DNA of 62,768 bases, from IMG/VR virus record IMGVR_UViG_3300020123_000165, positions 1-62,768 of that record; one strand, given 5' to 3'. Numbering within the stretch: position 1 is the first letter of the stretch; every line of letters starts with the position of its first letter. The notes beneath the pieces are model-generated. The model was not told the origin of the DNA. It made no database searches and saw nothing but the letters and a program-made list of their open reading frames with translations. The translations under genes were made by a program, and so were the position numbers. Positions 17,802-28,262 of the stretch are shown piece after piece. This DNA is from a virus. Its lineage: Duplodnaviria; Caudoviricetes.

Positions 17802-19537
17802 TGGCGGAAATCAAGAAACTCTATCAAGTCACCTCCCTGTCTGGCATTAAGCGCGATGGAACTGTGCTGGATGGTGACAATTTCTCCGATGGTCAGTGGA
17901 CTCGGTTCAATCGAGGTCGGCCTAAGAAAATAGGTGGCTATCAGGAGAATAATACCTCTATTCCCGGGCCTATTCGTGGCTTAATCGTATGGTCCAGGGG
18001 CCTATTCAATGCCCTTATCTGTGCTAGTCAGTCAGCTATTACTCAGTCTAATGTTGATCAGAATGGAGGATCAGGCACCTCTTATGACCGTACGCCCGTG
18101 GGGATGACCTCACTGGATGGTTGTTGGACCCTGGATACCATGTATGATGACGCGGTGGGTAGCAAGAATACTATCGTAATAGCTCATCGTAATAATGCCC
18201 TATCTCAGATAGATGAGGCTACAGCATACCCTGTCTACTTTGGAGTAGCTGATGATACCGCTCCCCTTACTGCTATTGCTGGCCTTAGCGTTTCTGGTGG
18301 TATTGTCTGCATTGCCCCTTATCTGGTATATTATGGCTCGGATGGCCTCGTGGGATGGTCTGATGTCAACCAACCACAAACCCTTAACAGTGGAGACGCC
18401 GGAACCGATAGAGTCACAGGAACCAAAGTAGTTAAAGGCCTGCCCCTTCGATCTGGTACTGGACCAGCGGCTATTCTGTGGTCACTAGACTCGGTTATCA
18501 GGATGGATTATATCGGGGGATCCACCATCTTCAGATTCTCTACACTGAGCGCTCAGTCTTCTATCCTGTCACAGAATGGGGTCATCGAGTATGATGGTGA
18601 CTACTTCTGGGCCGGAATCGACCGCTTCCTGGTCTACTCCGGAGGGAAGGTTCAAGAGCTCCCCAACCAGATGAACAAGAACTGGTTCTTTGACAATCTG
18701 AACTATTCTCAGCGCCAGAAGGTGTGGGTCACCAAGATTCCACGTTTTGGTGAGATTATTTGGCATTTCCCCTTTGGGGACTCCACTGAGTGCAACAAAG
18801 CGGTGGTTTATAACGTACTAGAAAGAGTCTGGTATGATTTCGAGGTTTCTCGGACGGCCGGTTACTATTCCCAGGTTTTCAAGTATCCCGTGTGGGCCGG
18901 TGATTCTTCTCTATTCAAGACCTACGTAAAGCTATCGGGAGTGACTGGGAGCTATGTTGTGGGAGACAGTGTATTGGGATCCTCTACTAATGTTCCCGGG
19001 ATTGTGGATTCGGTCATTAGCTCTACCGAACTGACCATCCGGGCTCAGAACCCTGCCAGAGTTCCACTTATCTCCGTTGGCGAGAACCTGGTCAACAATA
19101 CCCGTTCTGGGTCTGGGGGAGTCACTCGAGTCGACGAGATCCACTCTGCTTATATTCATGAGAAGGGCTTGAATGCTGTTACTTCCGCTGGGGAGCAGGC
19201 TATCCTGGCCCACTTTACTACCTCGGACTTCGGGTTTCCCACCGGGGGAGCTCAGCAAAATAACATTGAAGGGCTGAATCGCTGGACACGTTTGATCCGT
19301 ATCGAGCCTGACTTCATACAGTCGGGGGATATGGAAGTTCAGGTAGTCCAGAGTGAGTTTGCTCAGAACCCAGATACGACAAGCGAGGTATTTACGTTTG
19401 GGCCAGACACGGGTAAAATTGATATGCGGAAACAAGGTAGACAAATTCGTCTCAAGTTTACTAGCAACACATTAAATGGGAACTTTGAAATGGGTCGAGT
19501 CATCCTGCATACTGAACCCGGCGATGTAAGGAGCTAA
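17801..19537 (+). CDS. Tail nozzle/tubular B-like (beta-propeller) protein
   Basis: GIKRDGT, RF.RGRPKKIGG, FGEIIWHFP, R..GRQIRLK; podovirus position. Confidence 0.75.
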   Translation: MAEIKKLYQVTSLSGIKRDGTVLDGDNFSDGQWTRFNRGRPKKIGGYQENNTSIPGPIRGLIVWSRGLFNALICASQSAITQSNVDQNGGSGTSYDRTPVGMTSLDGCWTLDTMYDDAVGSKNTIVIAHRNNALSQIDEATAYPVYFGVADDTAPLTAIAGLSVSGGIVCIAPYLVYYGSDGLVGWSDVNQPQTLNSGDAGTDRVTGTKVVKGLPLRSGTGPAAILWSLDSVIRMDYIGGSTIFRFSTLSAQSSILSQNGVIEYDGDYFWAGIDRFLVYSGGKVQELPNQMNKNWFFDNLNYSQRQKVWVTKIPRFGEIIWHFPFGDSTECNKAVVYNVLERVWYDFEVSRTAGYYSQVFKYPVWAGDSSLFKTYVKLSGVTGSYVVGDSVLGSSTNVPGIVDSVISSTELTIRAQNPARVPLISVGENLVNNTRSGSGGVTRVDEIHSAYIHEKGLNAVTSAGEQAILAHFTTSDFGFPTGGAQQNNIEGLNRWTRLIRIEPDFIQSGDMEVQVVQSEFAQNPDTTSEVFTFGPDTGKIDMRKQGRQIRLKFTSNTLNGNFEMGRVILHTEPGDVRS

Positions 19538-19543
19538 CCCAGC

Positions 19544-21622
19544 ATGGCACTAACCTCCTACGCTGACTATCTCGCCCAGAACACTACGGACAATCCCAAC
19601 TACCCTAGTTCGTGGAATGTGTTACCGTGGATGGCCCACGATGATGACACTGGCACTCCTGCTCCGCAGGCCACGATCACGAACAAAGGTTTGCTGGACT
19701 ATCTTGACTATGCTATGCCGGGTCAAGTACCCCAGGATGTAGCGGACAGCTACAAGCGTCAGTTGGACGCTACCGGACAGCCGGGTGGCTTCGGTGACAG
19801 CATGGGTTTCCTTACCGGGGCGTGGAGCACCAATCCGATCACCGGGAACATGAATTTGACGCCGCAGGAATATCTTCGCGGAAGAACTGATCTACCTCAG
19901 GAAGTGCTAGACGCGCTTTATAATCCGAGCGATGCACGATTGCACAGTTCCGATCCGACGGTTCAGCGTCTCAATTCCATGTACAAGTATCAACCTGAAT
20001 CCTACGGGTATTTGAATCAAGATACTGGTGGAGAGTTCCCGATCATTAGCAAAGGAAAAGGGGGTCTTGGGTCTTGGGACTTGGGCGACGGCAAAACGCT
20101 TGTTCCTGTTAGAGAAGAGCAGTATGAAATTGCTCCGGGCCAAAGTCAAGCAGATGGTTCTATTGGCTTTCTACAAGGTTTCAATTCACTAGCCCCGACC
20201 GCCTACAATCCAGATGGTTCCTTCAACCCATCCGGGTGGCGTGTTGCTGACTTACGCAGTGAATCGCGCCGTCAAGCCCAAGGGCATCTGAAAGGTGTGG
20301 CAAGCGTTCTGGGCGCAGCTCTGGGAAGCTATCTTATGGGTCCGGCGGGTGGCGCTGCTGCGGATATTCCAGCTGGTTCTGAGGGTGTGATGACTGCTGC
20401 CCCCGGAACTACCGCCACGGCAGGAACCGCAACAACTTCTCCCGGTGTGTTCGGTCAGTCTTCTCTGGATACGGGTAGCCAAGTTGGAAACAAAGCTATC
20501 GAGAGTGGTATCAAATCCTATGTAATGAGTGGGGGTGATCCGAACAAAGCCTTGTTAGGGGCTTTGAGTGCTCCTCTGGCCAGTACTGTGAGCTCTTCTA
20601 TAGGGGATTCTGCGGGTGACTTTTCCTCTGGCCTGGGAAAGCTAGCCACTAACCAAATCATGAGCCTGTTGGCGGGAAAGGGGTTGAACCTGAATCCCAT
20701 GCAACTGGCTTCATTAGCACCAGGGGCTCTGAAGAGTGTCTCCGACTGGTCGCCTAACACCTCTTCCATGGATACGAACATGCCTGACGACTTTGACGCT
20801 TCCTCATATACCCCCGAATGGTCCTCTATCTCCGGAGACTCTGGCCTTAATAGCTACCTTGGATACGACAGTAATGGTAACTACGTCGGTAATGGAATAA
20901 ACACTGACTATAGCAATTTTGGCCTCGGCGACACCTCTCCCGGCATCAGCGGAGACTCCTCACTCGATGACTACCTAAGGTCTATCCTGAGCGGAGTCAA
21001 TACCAATGAGGGTACTTTCCAAGGTGCTCCGGCGGCTGATACTTCTTGGGATCAGGCAGCTCAACTGGCGGCCTTGAATAATCAGGCGGCTAAGCTTCCA
21101 ACGAGCGGATCTTCTGGCCCAAGGGCTGGCTCCGGCTCCGGCTCAGGTTCTGGAGTCAATTCGGCCCTCTCTGGACTCAGCCTGGCCCTTGCCCTGGCTC
21201 AGGCTCTTAGAAAGAACCCTACGGCTCCAGTCTCTTCTCGGGGCAATCAGGGCCAAACTTTTGCTCCCGCCTACCGAGGAGCCACCGCCCCCCGGACCAA
21301 GTATGCTTCCGGTGGCGATGTGCAAGCTCCCGGTGGTCTGTCGGCCATCACCGCTGCACTAGCTCAACATGCTCAGCGTCGGGGATTGCTTCATGGTAAT
21401 GCTGGGGGCCAGGATGATGTTCTTGATATCAAGGCTGCGCCAGGTGAGTATGTGATGGATGCCGAAACGGTATCTCATCTGGGAGATGGCAGCACGGATG
21501 AGGGAGCTCGTAAGTTGGATCAGATGCGGGAAGCTATTCGAGCCCATAAGCGTATGGGTCCTCTATCTCAAATCGCCCCTAAGGCAAAAGATCCTATGCA
21601 CTATCTGAGGAAGGGGAAGTAA
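19544..21622 (+). CDS. Probable internal virion/ejection protein
   Basis: G/S-rich; YASGGDV tag followed by GGQDD...GEYVMDAE.VS.LGDGS..GA.KLD domain. Confidence 0.65.
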   Translation: MALTSYADYLAQNTTDNPNYPSSWNVLPWMAHDDDTGTPAPQATITNKGLLDYLDYAMPGQVPQDVADSYKRQLDATGQPGGFGDSMGFLTGAWSTNPITGNMNLTPQEYLRGRTDLPQEVLDALYNPSDARLHSSDPTVQRLNSMYKYQPESYGYLNQDTGGEFPIISKGKGGLGSWDLGDGKTLVPVREEQYEIAPGQSQADGSIGFLQGFNSLAPTAYNPDGSFNPSGWRVADLRSESRRQAQGHLKGVASVLGAALGSYLMGPAGGAAADIPAGSEGVMTAAPGTTATAGTATTSPGVFGQSSLDTGSQVGNKAIESGIKSYVMSGGDPNKALLGALSAPLASTVSSSIGDSAGDFSSGLGKLATNQIMSLLAGKGLNLNPMQLASLAPGALKSVSDWSPNTSSMDTNMPDDFDASSYTPEWSSISGDSGLNSYLGYDSNGNYVGNGINTDYSNFGLGDTSPGISGDSSLDDYLRSILSGVNTNEGTFQGAPAADTSWDQAAQLAALNNQAAKLPTSGSSGPRAGSGSGSGSGVNSALSGLSLALALAQALRKNPTAPVSSRGNQGQTFAPAYRGATAPRTKYASGGDVQAPGGLSAITAALAQHAQRRGLLHGNAGGQDDVLDIKAAPGEYVMDAETVSHLGDGSTDEGARKLDQMREAIRAHKRMGPLSQIAPKAKDPMHYLRKGK

Positions 21623-21623
21623 G

Positions 21624-22514
21624 ATGGCCACGATGCCCGTTACCCAAAACACGGAGTACATGTACCCCCAAGCCGTCAACCAAATGACGGATACCGCGGC
21701 CAACTATGCTTCCGGTATCCCCGGACTGGCTACTCAAGCCTATCAAAACTGGTATGATCAGCCCCTGTCCACTGGTCAGACGCCCATGCAGACTCAGGCA
21801 TGGGATACGGCAATGTCGAACCCTTCGCAGCAGTGGCTTAGCCCGCTGCAGCAGGCTTCTTCGATGTACCAACAGGGTGGGACTTACGATCCAAACCAGC
21901 TTCAGCAATTCCTGGACCCCTACACCAATGATGCGGCCAATGCTACAATGGCCCAAGTCAATCGGAACCTGACAGAGAACATCCTGCCCCAAGTCAATAG
22001 CACCTTTGCTGGCAATGGTCAGTTTGGCTCTAGCCGGAATGGTGATTTTGAGAATCGTGCTATCCGGGATACCCAAACGGGGCTGGCCGAGACCCTGGCT
22101 AAGCAGAATGTGGCTAACTACAACCTGGCTAATCAGGATTACCTGAACTGGGCTAGGCAGCAGCAACAGAGTGCGCAAGGGCTGCAGGGGGTGGCTGGCA
22201 CCGGCTCGAACATCACTCAGACGGGTCTGACCAACCAACTAATGGCGGCTCAAGCTCAGCAACAACAAGAGCAGTCTACCCTGGACAAGAATTACCAAGA
22301 TTATCTGACTCGTCAGCAGTTCCCTCTTTCCGCACTTCAAGCTATTGGATCTGCCACTAGCAACATTGGTCGGACCGAGAATCCAAATGTCAATACCCCA
22401 ACGGTTCAGCCTGATGCGGTGTCTCGAGCTTTGGCATCCCTTCAATTACTGCAGTCGGGATTGAATAGCACGGATATTCAGTCTCTGATGTCCTCCATGG
22501 GCCTTTCCTTCTAA
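21624..22514 (+). CDS. Probable ejection protein
   Basis: Q/N/A-rich helical; F.DPY, G.FGSSR motifs. Confidence 0.65.
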   Translation: MATMPVTQNTEYMYPQAVNQMTDTAANYASGIPGLATQAYQNWYDQPLSTGQTPMQTQAWDTAMSNPSQQWLSPLQQASSMYQQGGTYDPNQLQQFLDPYTNDAANATMAQVNRNLTENILPQVNSTFAGNGQFGSSRNGDFENRAIRDTQTGLAETLAKQNVANYNLANQDYLNWARQQQQSAQGLQGVAGTGSNITQTGLTNQLMAAQAQQQQEQSTLDKNYQDYLTRQQFPLSALQAIGSATSNIGRTENPNVNTPTVQPDAVSRALASLQLLQSGLNSTDIQSLMSSMGLSF

Positions 22515-22523
22515 GGATCTAAT

Positions 22524-24101
22524 ATGCCACTAATGAATCAAGCTCCGGCCCAAGATCCTAATAGTGTTCAGGGAGTCCTTCAGAAGCTCTTGACAACTCA
22601 AACAGATAATCGTGATCAGCTTAAGCAGCAGCAACAGACGGCACAGCAGAGCTATCGAGACGTATTAGGTGAGCCTCTTCCTGATATTGACCCGGTGCGT
22701 AGAATGGTCAGTGATTACCTTCAGCGATACTCTACTAATACGAGTCAGCGATGGAATGCTATGGCTGGCGCTATTGGAGCTGAGGCGGGTCGTCAACAGG
22801 ATATGGATGTAGCTCAACAGGCCCGTCGCGAGAATGCAGCTAAGCTGGGTCTGGGCATGTCCGATACTAACCTGAAAGAGGAAGACGCTTATACTGCCAA
22901 ACTGATGGCTGCCGCTGCACGAAGCGGTAAGATGGGTGCTGGAGGCTCACCCGTGGTGAAGATGGATAAGGATGGAAACATGGTAGTTTATGATCCATCC
23001 ACCCAGGAGACCAAGGTAGTTCATGCCTCTCAGCGGGGAGAGTACCAGCGAATCTGGACTTCCGCCTATCAAAAGGCAGTGTCTAATGAGATGGAAGATC
23101 CTGAGGGATATGCTCATACCATAGCTAGTCAGGTCTTGTCGGCTTCTCCCGGATTCAATCCCCAGAAGTCGGCTATTCCCTCTTCTAGCTCTACAGTTCC
23201 TTCTGAGAACCTTCCTCCGATCCCGACGGGCATTACTCCCTCTCAGGCGCCACAAGCGGCTCCAGCTCCGAGTAGTCTGGCCCAAGGCCAGGCTCAGTGG
23301 AATGCTAATGGTCCTCGTAATGTGGAGCTTATTAAGCAGGAAATGGCTCGTCCAGAGAACCAGACTCCCGATAAGCAACTCATCTTTAAGCAAGAGCTGG
23401 AAGCTGAAATGGCTAAGCAAGGTCAGGCTCCGGTATCGACCGCGACTTCTGCCGCTCCTCAAGTAGCTCCTTCAACTCCTACTCCAGTGGCTCGTGGTAT
23501 GGAGTACAAGGATCCCCGGGTGGCAGCCCAGCAGAAGGGATATGGCGGTAAGGAAGGTGAAGGACTGTATAAAGAACGTCAGGCCCTTACTGACCTAAGT
23601 GGAGCTAATACTAAGCTCCTTGGTCAGTTGGATGCTCTTGAACAGATCTATGCCAATCCGAATATTCCCCAGGGTGAGTTGGCTAACCTTCAACAACAGG
23701 TTCGTTCCGGCCTTGTTACTCTGGGGGTTCCCGGGGCTAAAGAGGTTGGGGTTACCGACTTCGCCAAGGCACTTGGAACGAGCCTGTCCCTAACACAAAA
23801 GAATGCTGATGGGCAGAATCTGCTGCCGGGCGCGATGTCTAACTACGAAGATCAGCTGCTCCAGAAGATGGCCCCCACTCTGTCATTGACAAATGAGGGT
23901 CGGGTCATGTTGGTTCAGTTCATGAAGCAAGTGGCCGCGGCGAATCTTCGAATGGCTCAGGAAGGCACTAAGATGGCTGCGGCCAACAAAGATATGTTGC
24001 CACCCAACTGGTATGAACGCAAAGAGCGTATCATGCGAGAGGAGATGGCTAAGCTTCGTCTTCTGTCTTCTAAGATGATCCAAAACTCTGGAGCTCAATA
24101 A
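22524..24101 (+). CDS. Probable ejection protein
   Basis: Large helical protein; PGAMSNYE..LL..P.L motif; position after tail genes. Confidence 0.6.
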   Translation: MPLMNQAPAQDPNSVQGVLQKLLTTQTDNRDQLKQQQQTAQQSYRDVLGEPLPDIDPVRRMVSDYLQRYSTNTSQRWNAMAGAIGAEAGRQQDMDVAQQARRENAAKLGLGMSDTNLKEEDAYTAKLMAAAARSGKMGAGGSPVVKMDKDGNMVVYDPSTQETKVVHASQRGEYQRIWTSAYQKAVSNEMEDPEGYAHTIASQVLSASPGFNPQKSAIPSSSSTVPSENLPPIPTGITPSQAPQAAPAPSSLAQGQAQWNANGPRNVELIKQEMARPENQTPDKQLIFKQELEAEMAKQGQAPVSTATSAAPQVAPSTPTPVARGMEYKDPRVAAQQKGYGGKEGEGLYKERQALTDLSGANTKLLGQLDALEQIYANPNIPQGELANLQQQVRSGLVTLGVPGAKEVGVTDFAKALGTSLSLTQKNADGQNLLPGAMSNYEDQLLQKMAPTLSLTNEGRVMLVQFMKQVAAANLRMAQEGTKMAAANKDMLPPNWYERKERIMREEMAKLRLLSSKMIQNSGAQ

Positions 24102-25912
24102 TGGACACTTCTCAAATGTCTCCTGAACAACTTGGTGAGTATTTGGCGGGTTTGTCCGACAAAGAGCTTAATGAGATCGCTTTGGGTGGAGCTATCACTG
24201 CGGCCAAGCAGCGTCAAGCTACTCCTGAACCCGTAAAGTCGCCTAATGACCTCACGAAAGGTATGTCAGGTCCAGAGCTCTTTGCTGCTGGCATGGGTCA
24301 ACGAGCTATGCAAATTCCTCGGGGCTTGAAAGAGCTAGGAGTGGGGGCTTTCGGTACTCCAGAAGAGATCGCTGCCCACAATCAAGAAAAGGCGGCCCAG
24401 TCGGCTATCGATGCTCCTCTGCTGAATACCTGGGAGGGAAAAGCTGGAGGTTTTGGCACGGACGCTCTGCTAGCTGCTCTAATGCCAGCTCGGTCTGGAG
24501 TTCAGGCACTGACTCAGGGGGTAGGAGCAGCGCTCAGCCCCACACCGGGCCCTATCAGCGGCCTTGATTTGCCGGCCCGTGCACTACAGGGAGCGACAGC
24601 CGCCGGTACGACTGCCTTGATTGCCTCACCTCTGCAACTATTGGGTAGGGTAGCTGGGGCGGCTACTAAGCGTTATACCCCCGAAGGCCAGGAAGCTCTT
24701 CGCTTGAATGATGCTGCCAACCGTCTGGGGGTTCGCCGGAATGTCGGGGGCTTAGATCCTTCTTCTTCTATCAACGCATTTGAGACTAATCTTCCAGGCT
24801 ATGCTCGTACCGTTGAAGAGCAAGCTAAGAATTTCTCCAAGGCTGCGGATGTTACGAAGGATATTCCTTCAAAGACCGGTAAGTCTTTTGAGAGCCGGAA
24901 GCTGGGCGGTGAGAATCTTCGCCAGGCCGTGGAGGAAGGTGGTAAGAATCTAGAGGGTGTCGGCGGATCTCTCTGGAAAGACCTGGATTCTTTCATTGTC
25001 CAGAACAACATCGCCCCAGTGGGAGCTAAGAACACTCAAGCTCGTGTCAATGATATTGTTCAGAAGTATACTCCCATCACCAAGAAGGGTATGCAGATAG
25101 ATAAGAATCCGGCCATTCAGCGGATCAGTGAGTATGACCCTGACTCAGCCCAGTTAATGACTCAACTGCTAGCTAATCCTGGCCAGGTTCCTACGGTTCC
25201 TTTCTCTGACCTGCATAAGCTCTCTTCAGCCGTTGGTAAAGCTATGGGGCGAGCTGAGAAAGATGCCTCGGCTCCCGGGGCTTCCCTACTGGATCGCCAG
25301 ATGAAGCGTGAACTGAAGGACCTATACGGTAGTCTGATGTCCGATGTAGATAACTGGGGAACTAAGAACCCTCAAGCCAAGTCTATGTATGACGAGGCTA
25401 AGACTTTTTGGCGGGATGCGGTAGTACCCGGTGCTTTGACTAATAAGGTCTATAGCAAAGCCTCTAAGGGGGTCTATGGAATGAATCCCCGGGGCTACTC
25501 TGAGCCTTCTCAGCTGTACTCTGATGTAGTGAAGAATCCACGAGCTATGCAGGATCTTTACCCTTATATGAGTCAGCCAGGCCGTGACTTGACAGACACA
25601 CTTCAGACTATGCCAGATGTGGCCCGCTCCCTGATCACGAATACTCCGCATCCCCCGGCCCCGGGAATGGGCACACTGACGACCCTGGCGGGTATGGCTG
25701 TAGGTTCTCCCCTCCAGCTGGTGAAGGGGGTGATCTCTCACACCCCGGGATTCCAGACACTAGCTACTTCTGATCCCGCTAAGAGACTGTATTTCTCTCG
25801 TGATGTTCTTCGAGATACTCCAGCAGGTCGAGCTGCATATGGGGCATTACAGTACCCGCAAGATCAGTTGGAAGGGGGGGTGAATCGTTTCGTAGGGGCA
25901 CGAAGGCAGTAA
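24101..25912 (+). CDS. Probable ejection protein
   Basis: 603 aa, A/G-rich helical; last gene of late arm. Confidence 0.6.
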   Translation: MDTSQMSPEQLGEYLAGLSDKELNEIALGGAITAAKQRQATPEPVKSPNDLTKGMSGPELFAAGMGQRAMQIPRGLKELGVGAFGTPEEIAAHNQEKAAQSAIDAPLLNTWEGKAGGFGTDALLAALMPARSGVQALTQGVGAALSPTPGPISGLDLPARALQGATAAGTTALIASPLQLLGRVAGAATKRYTPEGQEALRLNDAANRLGVRRNVGGLDPSSSINAFETNLPGYARTVEEQAKNFSKAADVTKDIPSKTGKSFESRKLGGENLRQAVEEGGKNLEGVGGSLWKDLDSFIVQNNIAPVGAKNTQARVNDIVQKYTPITKKGMQIDKNPAIQRISEYDPDSAQLMTQLLANPGQVPTVPFSDLHKLSSAVGKAMGRAEKDASAPGASLLDRQMKRELKDLYGSLMSDVDNWGTKNPQAKSMYDEAKTFWRDAVVPGALTNKVYSKASKGVYGMNPRGYSEPSQLYSDVVKNPRAMQDLYPYMSQPGRDLTDTLQTMPDVARSLITNTPHPPAPGMGTLTTLAGMAVGSPLQLVKGVISHTPGFQTLATSDPAKRLYFSRDVLRDTPAGRAAYGALQYPQDQLEGGVNRFVGARRQ

Positions 25913-25946
25913 ACTCATGTAGCCCATGTTCCCTCCAACTATCATC

Positions 25947-25978
25947 GCCCCACGGTCTAACTGTGGGGCTTATTTTTG
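25947..25978 (+). terminator. Terminator at convergence of the two arms
   Basis: GCCCCACGG-TCTAA-CTGTGGGGC then TTATTTTT. Confidence 0.8.
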
Positions 25979-26404
25979 GTGGGTTAGGTTCGCCTCCGAA
26001 CCACCAGTTTGAACAGGTACCCATAGATCCTCCATTGATATCGTTAAGGCATCCAACTCACTTCGAGTCATTTCATTAAACTCCCTGGCATGTTTTCCTG
26101 GGATGATGTAAGTAATGTCCAGGTCCTCTACATAACCTGCTATATAGCATCGGCCTCCAACACGAGAACGCTTATATAACCAGACAACCTGCTCGGGCCG
26201 TAAACACCCCTTGAATACGGGGGTGTCTGATCTCTTGGGCATGGTCTTCACCTGTTTAAATTCGACCCAAAACTCAACTCCCTCGATACAATCGTTGAAG
26301 TCAGGAGTCCCAGGGCAAGCTGGGTTCTCCACCCGAATGTCGTGACCCGCTTTCAACTTGCTTCTGAATCTCTTTCCGAACCGTGTCTCGGGGTTTGCTG
26401 CCAC
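25970..26404 (-). CDS. Holliday-junction resolvase/VRR-NUC-like nuclease
   Basis: RVEN...GTPD....G.EFWVEFK...LRPEQ..W PD-(D/E)xK signature. Confidence 0.8.
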   Translation of the reverse strand: MAANPETRFGKRFRSKLKAGHDIRVENPACPGTPDFNDCIEGVEFWVEFKQVKTMPKRSDTPVFKGCLRPEQVVWLYKRSRVGGRCYIAGYVEDLDITYIIPGKHAREFNEMTRSELDALTISMEDLWVPVQTGGSEANLTHQK

Positions 26405-26633
26405 TCTTGCTCTCCTTAATGAATCGATGAATTAGACCTTCAAGGGGATGCGTGACAGTAACATGCTCAGGCATATGAAGCCTTTCGTAGATAACATCCC
26501 ATTGAGTGCGCCCAGGCTGACGAACCTGCATCAGTTGCCAATCACCCCTACCAGGGCGATACTCTATTCCCTGAGTGTCTAGCCACTGCTTAAGTTCTTC
26601 CAACTTATCTTTATGTAATAGGTTTCTGGACAT
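26301..26633 (-). CDS. Hypothetical phage protein (MSRNLLHKDKLEELKQWL...)
   Basis: AGGAG RBS before ATG 26633; 3' end overlaps resolvase by 104 nt. Confidence 0.7.
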   Translation of the reverse strand: MSRNLLHKDKLEELKQWLDTQGIEYRPGRGDWQLMQVRQPGRTQWDVIYERLHMPEHVTVTHPLEGLIHRFIKESKSGSKPRDTVRKEIQKQVESGSRHSGGEPSLPWDS

Positions 26634-26655
26634 CTTGACTACTCCTGATGCAAAA

Positions 26656-26686
26656 GTGGGGAGCCGCATGACCGACCCCCCACCCT
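26656..26686 (-). terminator. Probable intrinsic terminator
   Basis: Minus strand GGGUGGGGGGUCG-loop-CGGCUCCCCACUUUU with G-U pairs. Confidence 0.65.
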
Positions 26687-26704
26687 TGTACTGCCCCGGA
26701 AAAC

Positions 26705-26935
26705 TTACTCGGCGTCGGCCGTAGCTTCTTCCTTCTCAGCCTTAGCTGCCGGCGTCAGGAGGGCGACGATTTCTTCCTTGCGTTCGATCGGGAAGACCCA
26801 GCGGAAGCCTTCGCCCTTGGCATCGGCCAGCTTCTTGCGCAGCTTGACACGAGCGCCCTGCGGCTTGATGCCCATTTCCTTGCAGATCTCGGCGAGAGTG
26901 ATTTCGTTGGAATTGACTTCTTGGTTTTCGGCCAT
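26705..26935 (-). CDS. Small HTH DNA-binding protein (paralogue family member 1)
   Basis: ITLAEICKEMGIKPQGARVKLRK...RWVF; AGGAG RBS. Confidence 0.8.
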   Translation of the reverse strand: MAENQEVNSNEITLAEICKEMGIKPQGARVKLRKKLADAKGEGFRWVFPIERKEEIVALLTPAAKAEKEEATADAE

Positions 26936-26966
26936 GGTATTTCTCCTAGATGTTGATGTAAAATGA

Positions 26967-28262
26967 TTACAGGTTTGTTGAACCAGAACTTTCATTATAT
27001 GGAAGTTTGGAGTGCTTGTAAATGGCCATAATAGCTTCTGACAACTTTTTCTTCTCGACTACGGCATTATAAACCACTTCATCCATAGTGCCTTCGATGA
27101 GTAGATAATAGTATCGTACCCAGGGAGTATCTACCAAGACGATACGATCCTTGAACTGCTCCCATTTGAGGTAGGAATAGTTCATCGAGAAGATGATCAT
27201 ATGGTTGTGGTGGGCCAGGTTGATAGCTTCCCCGGCTGAGGGATTGAGCAGGGTCACCTGGCTACGATCTTTTGGGTCATACTGATGCTTACCACGAATC
27301 TGGACATGAGTAATACCCCGTTCTGTGAGTCCCTGATCAATAGCATCCATCTCAGCTTTGTAGTTAGCTACAACGCAGATTGATTGTCCTTTAAGCTCCC
27401 CGTCAATCAAGCTCCAAAGGTAGTCCAGCTTATCTTGGTGTACTGAGTGAGTTGTTCGTTCATCATCCTTAACAAACCCCCCACAGACTTGGTGTAACTT
27501 GAGTGCTTTCGTGAGGGCCATTGGGGCCGTAATCAGGTTCCCCTGGATTTCCGTCATCAGGGCTTTTTCTAATTCCATATATGGGCGCCAGAAGGCCTCT
27601 CCGGCCTTAATACGGCACTTCCTGGACTGTACCATAGTCTTCACAGTGGATACTTCGTCCCGAGTGATGCGGAAAGAAATGCCTTTGAGGATCTCTTTGA
27701 ATTGCTCCTGGTTCTTGTATCCCTCAATGGTGGGAAAAGGGTCTTCTCTCCCATTGATATATCGCTCTCCAATGATTAGGTACTTCTCCGAGAATTCTCC
27801 CCAGGTAGGGAAGAGGTCAGGGCGTATGAACTTGAGTTGAGAGTAATAATCTTCACACCCATTTCCTTGTGGGGTTCCCGTCAGGATTAGCCTTTTCTTG
27901 GCCTTTCTTCCTACTTTCCAACAAGCCTTTGTCTGTTGGCTCCCTCGCTCCTTAATACGATGTGACTCATCTATAATCACTAAAGCTCGGTTCCTGACTA
28001 GGCTCAGGTGTTTAATTCTAAAAGACTCGAAGCTAAATATCTCGAATTCTTCTAGTTTTAATCCCATCCTAGTAATTTCTTGAGACCATACAGGTATGGC
28101 CTTTTTGGGACAAATGATGAGATTATCATGACAATCCCATCTTTTTGAAAGCTCTAGGGCGGTTATAGTTTTTCCCGTCCGAGGTTGCATAAATAGTCCG
28201 TAGCCATCATGTGATAGTGCGGCCATTACGGCTTGTTCTTGATAATCTCTAAGTATAATCAT
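26967..28262 (-). CDS. SNF2-family helicase
   Basis: LRDYQ, PRTGKT, IIDESHRIK, LTGTP, helicase C-terminal motifs. Confidence 0.92.
   Translation of the reverse strand: MIILRDYQEQAVMAALSHDGYGLFMQPRTGKTITALELSKRWDCHDNLIICPKKAIPVWSQEITRMGLKLEEFEIFSFESFRIKHLSLVRNRALVIIDESHRIKERGSQQTKACWKVGRKAKKRLILTGTPQGNGCEDYYSQLKFIRPDLFPTWGEFSEKYLIIGERYINGREDPFPTIEGYKNQEQFKEILKGISFRITRDEVSTVKTMVQSRKCRIKAGEAFWRPYMELEKALMTEIQGNLITAPMALTKALKLHQVCGGFVKDDERTTHSVHQDKLDYLWSLIDGELKGQSICVVANYKAEMDAIDQGLTERGITHVQIRGKHQYDPKDRSQVTLLNPSAGEAINLAHHNHMIIFSMNYSYLKWEQFKDRIVLVDTPWVRYYYLLIEGTMDEVVYNAVVEKKKLSEAIMAIYKHSKLPYNESSGSTNL
26994..27022 (-). promoter_or_regulatory. Sigma70-like promoter
   Basis: TTTACA-N17-TATAAT on minus strand. 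Confidence 0.75.
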
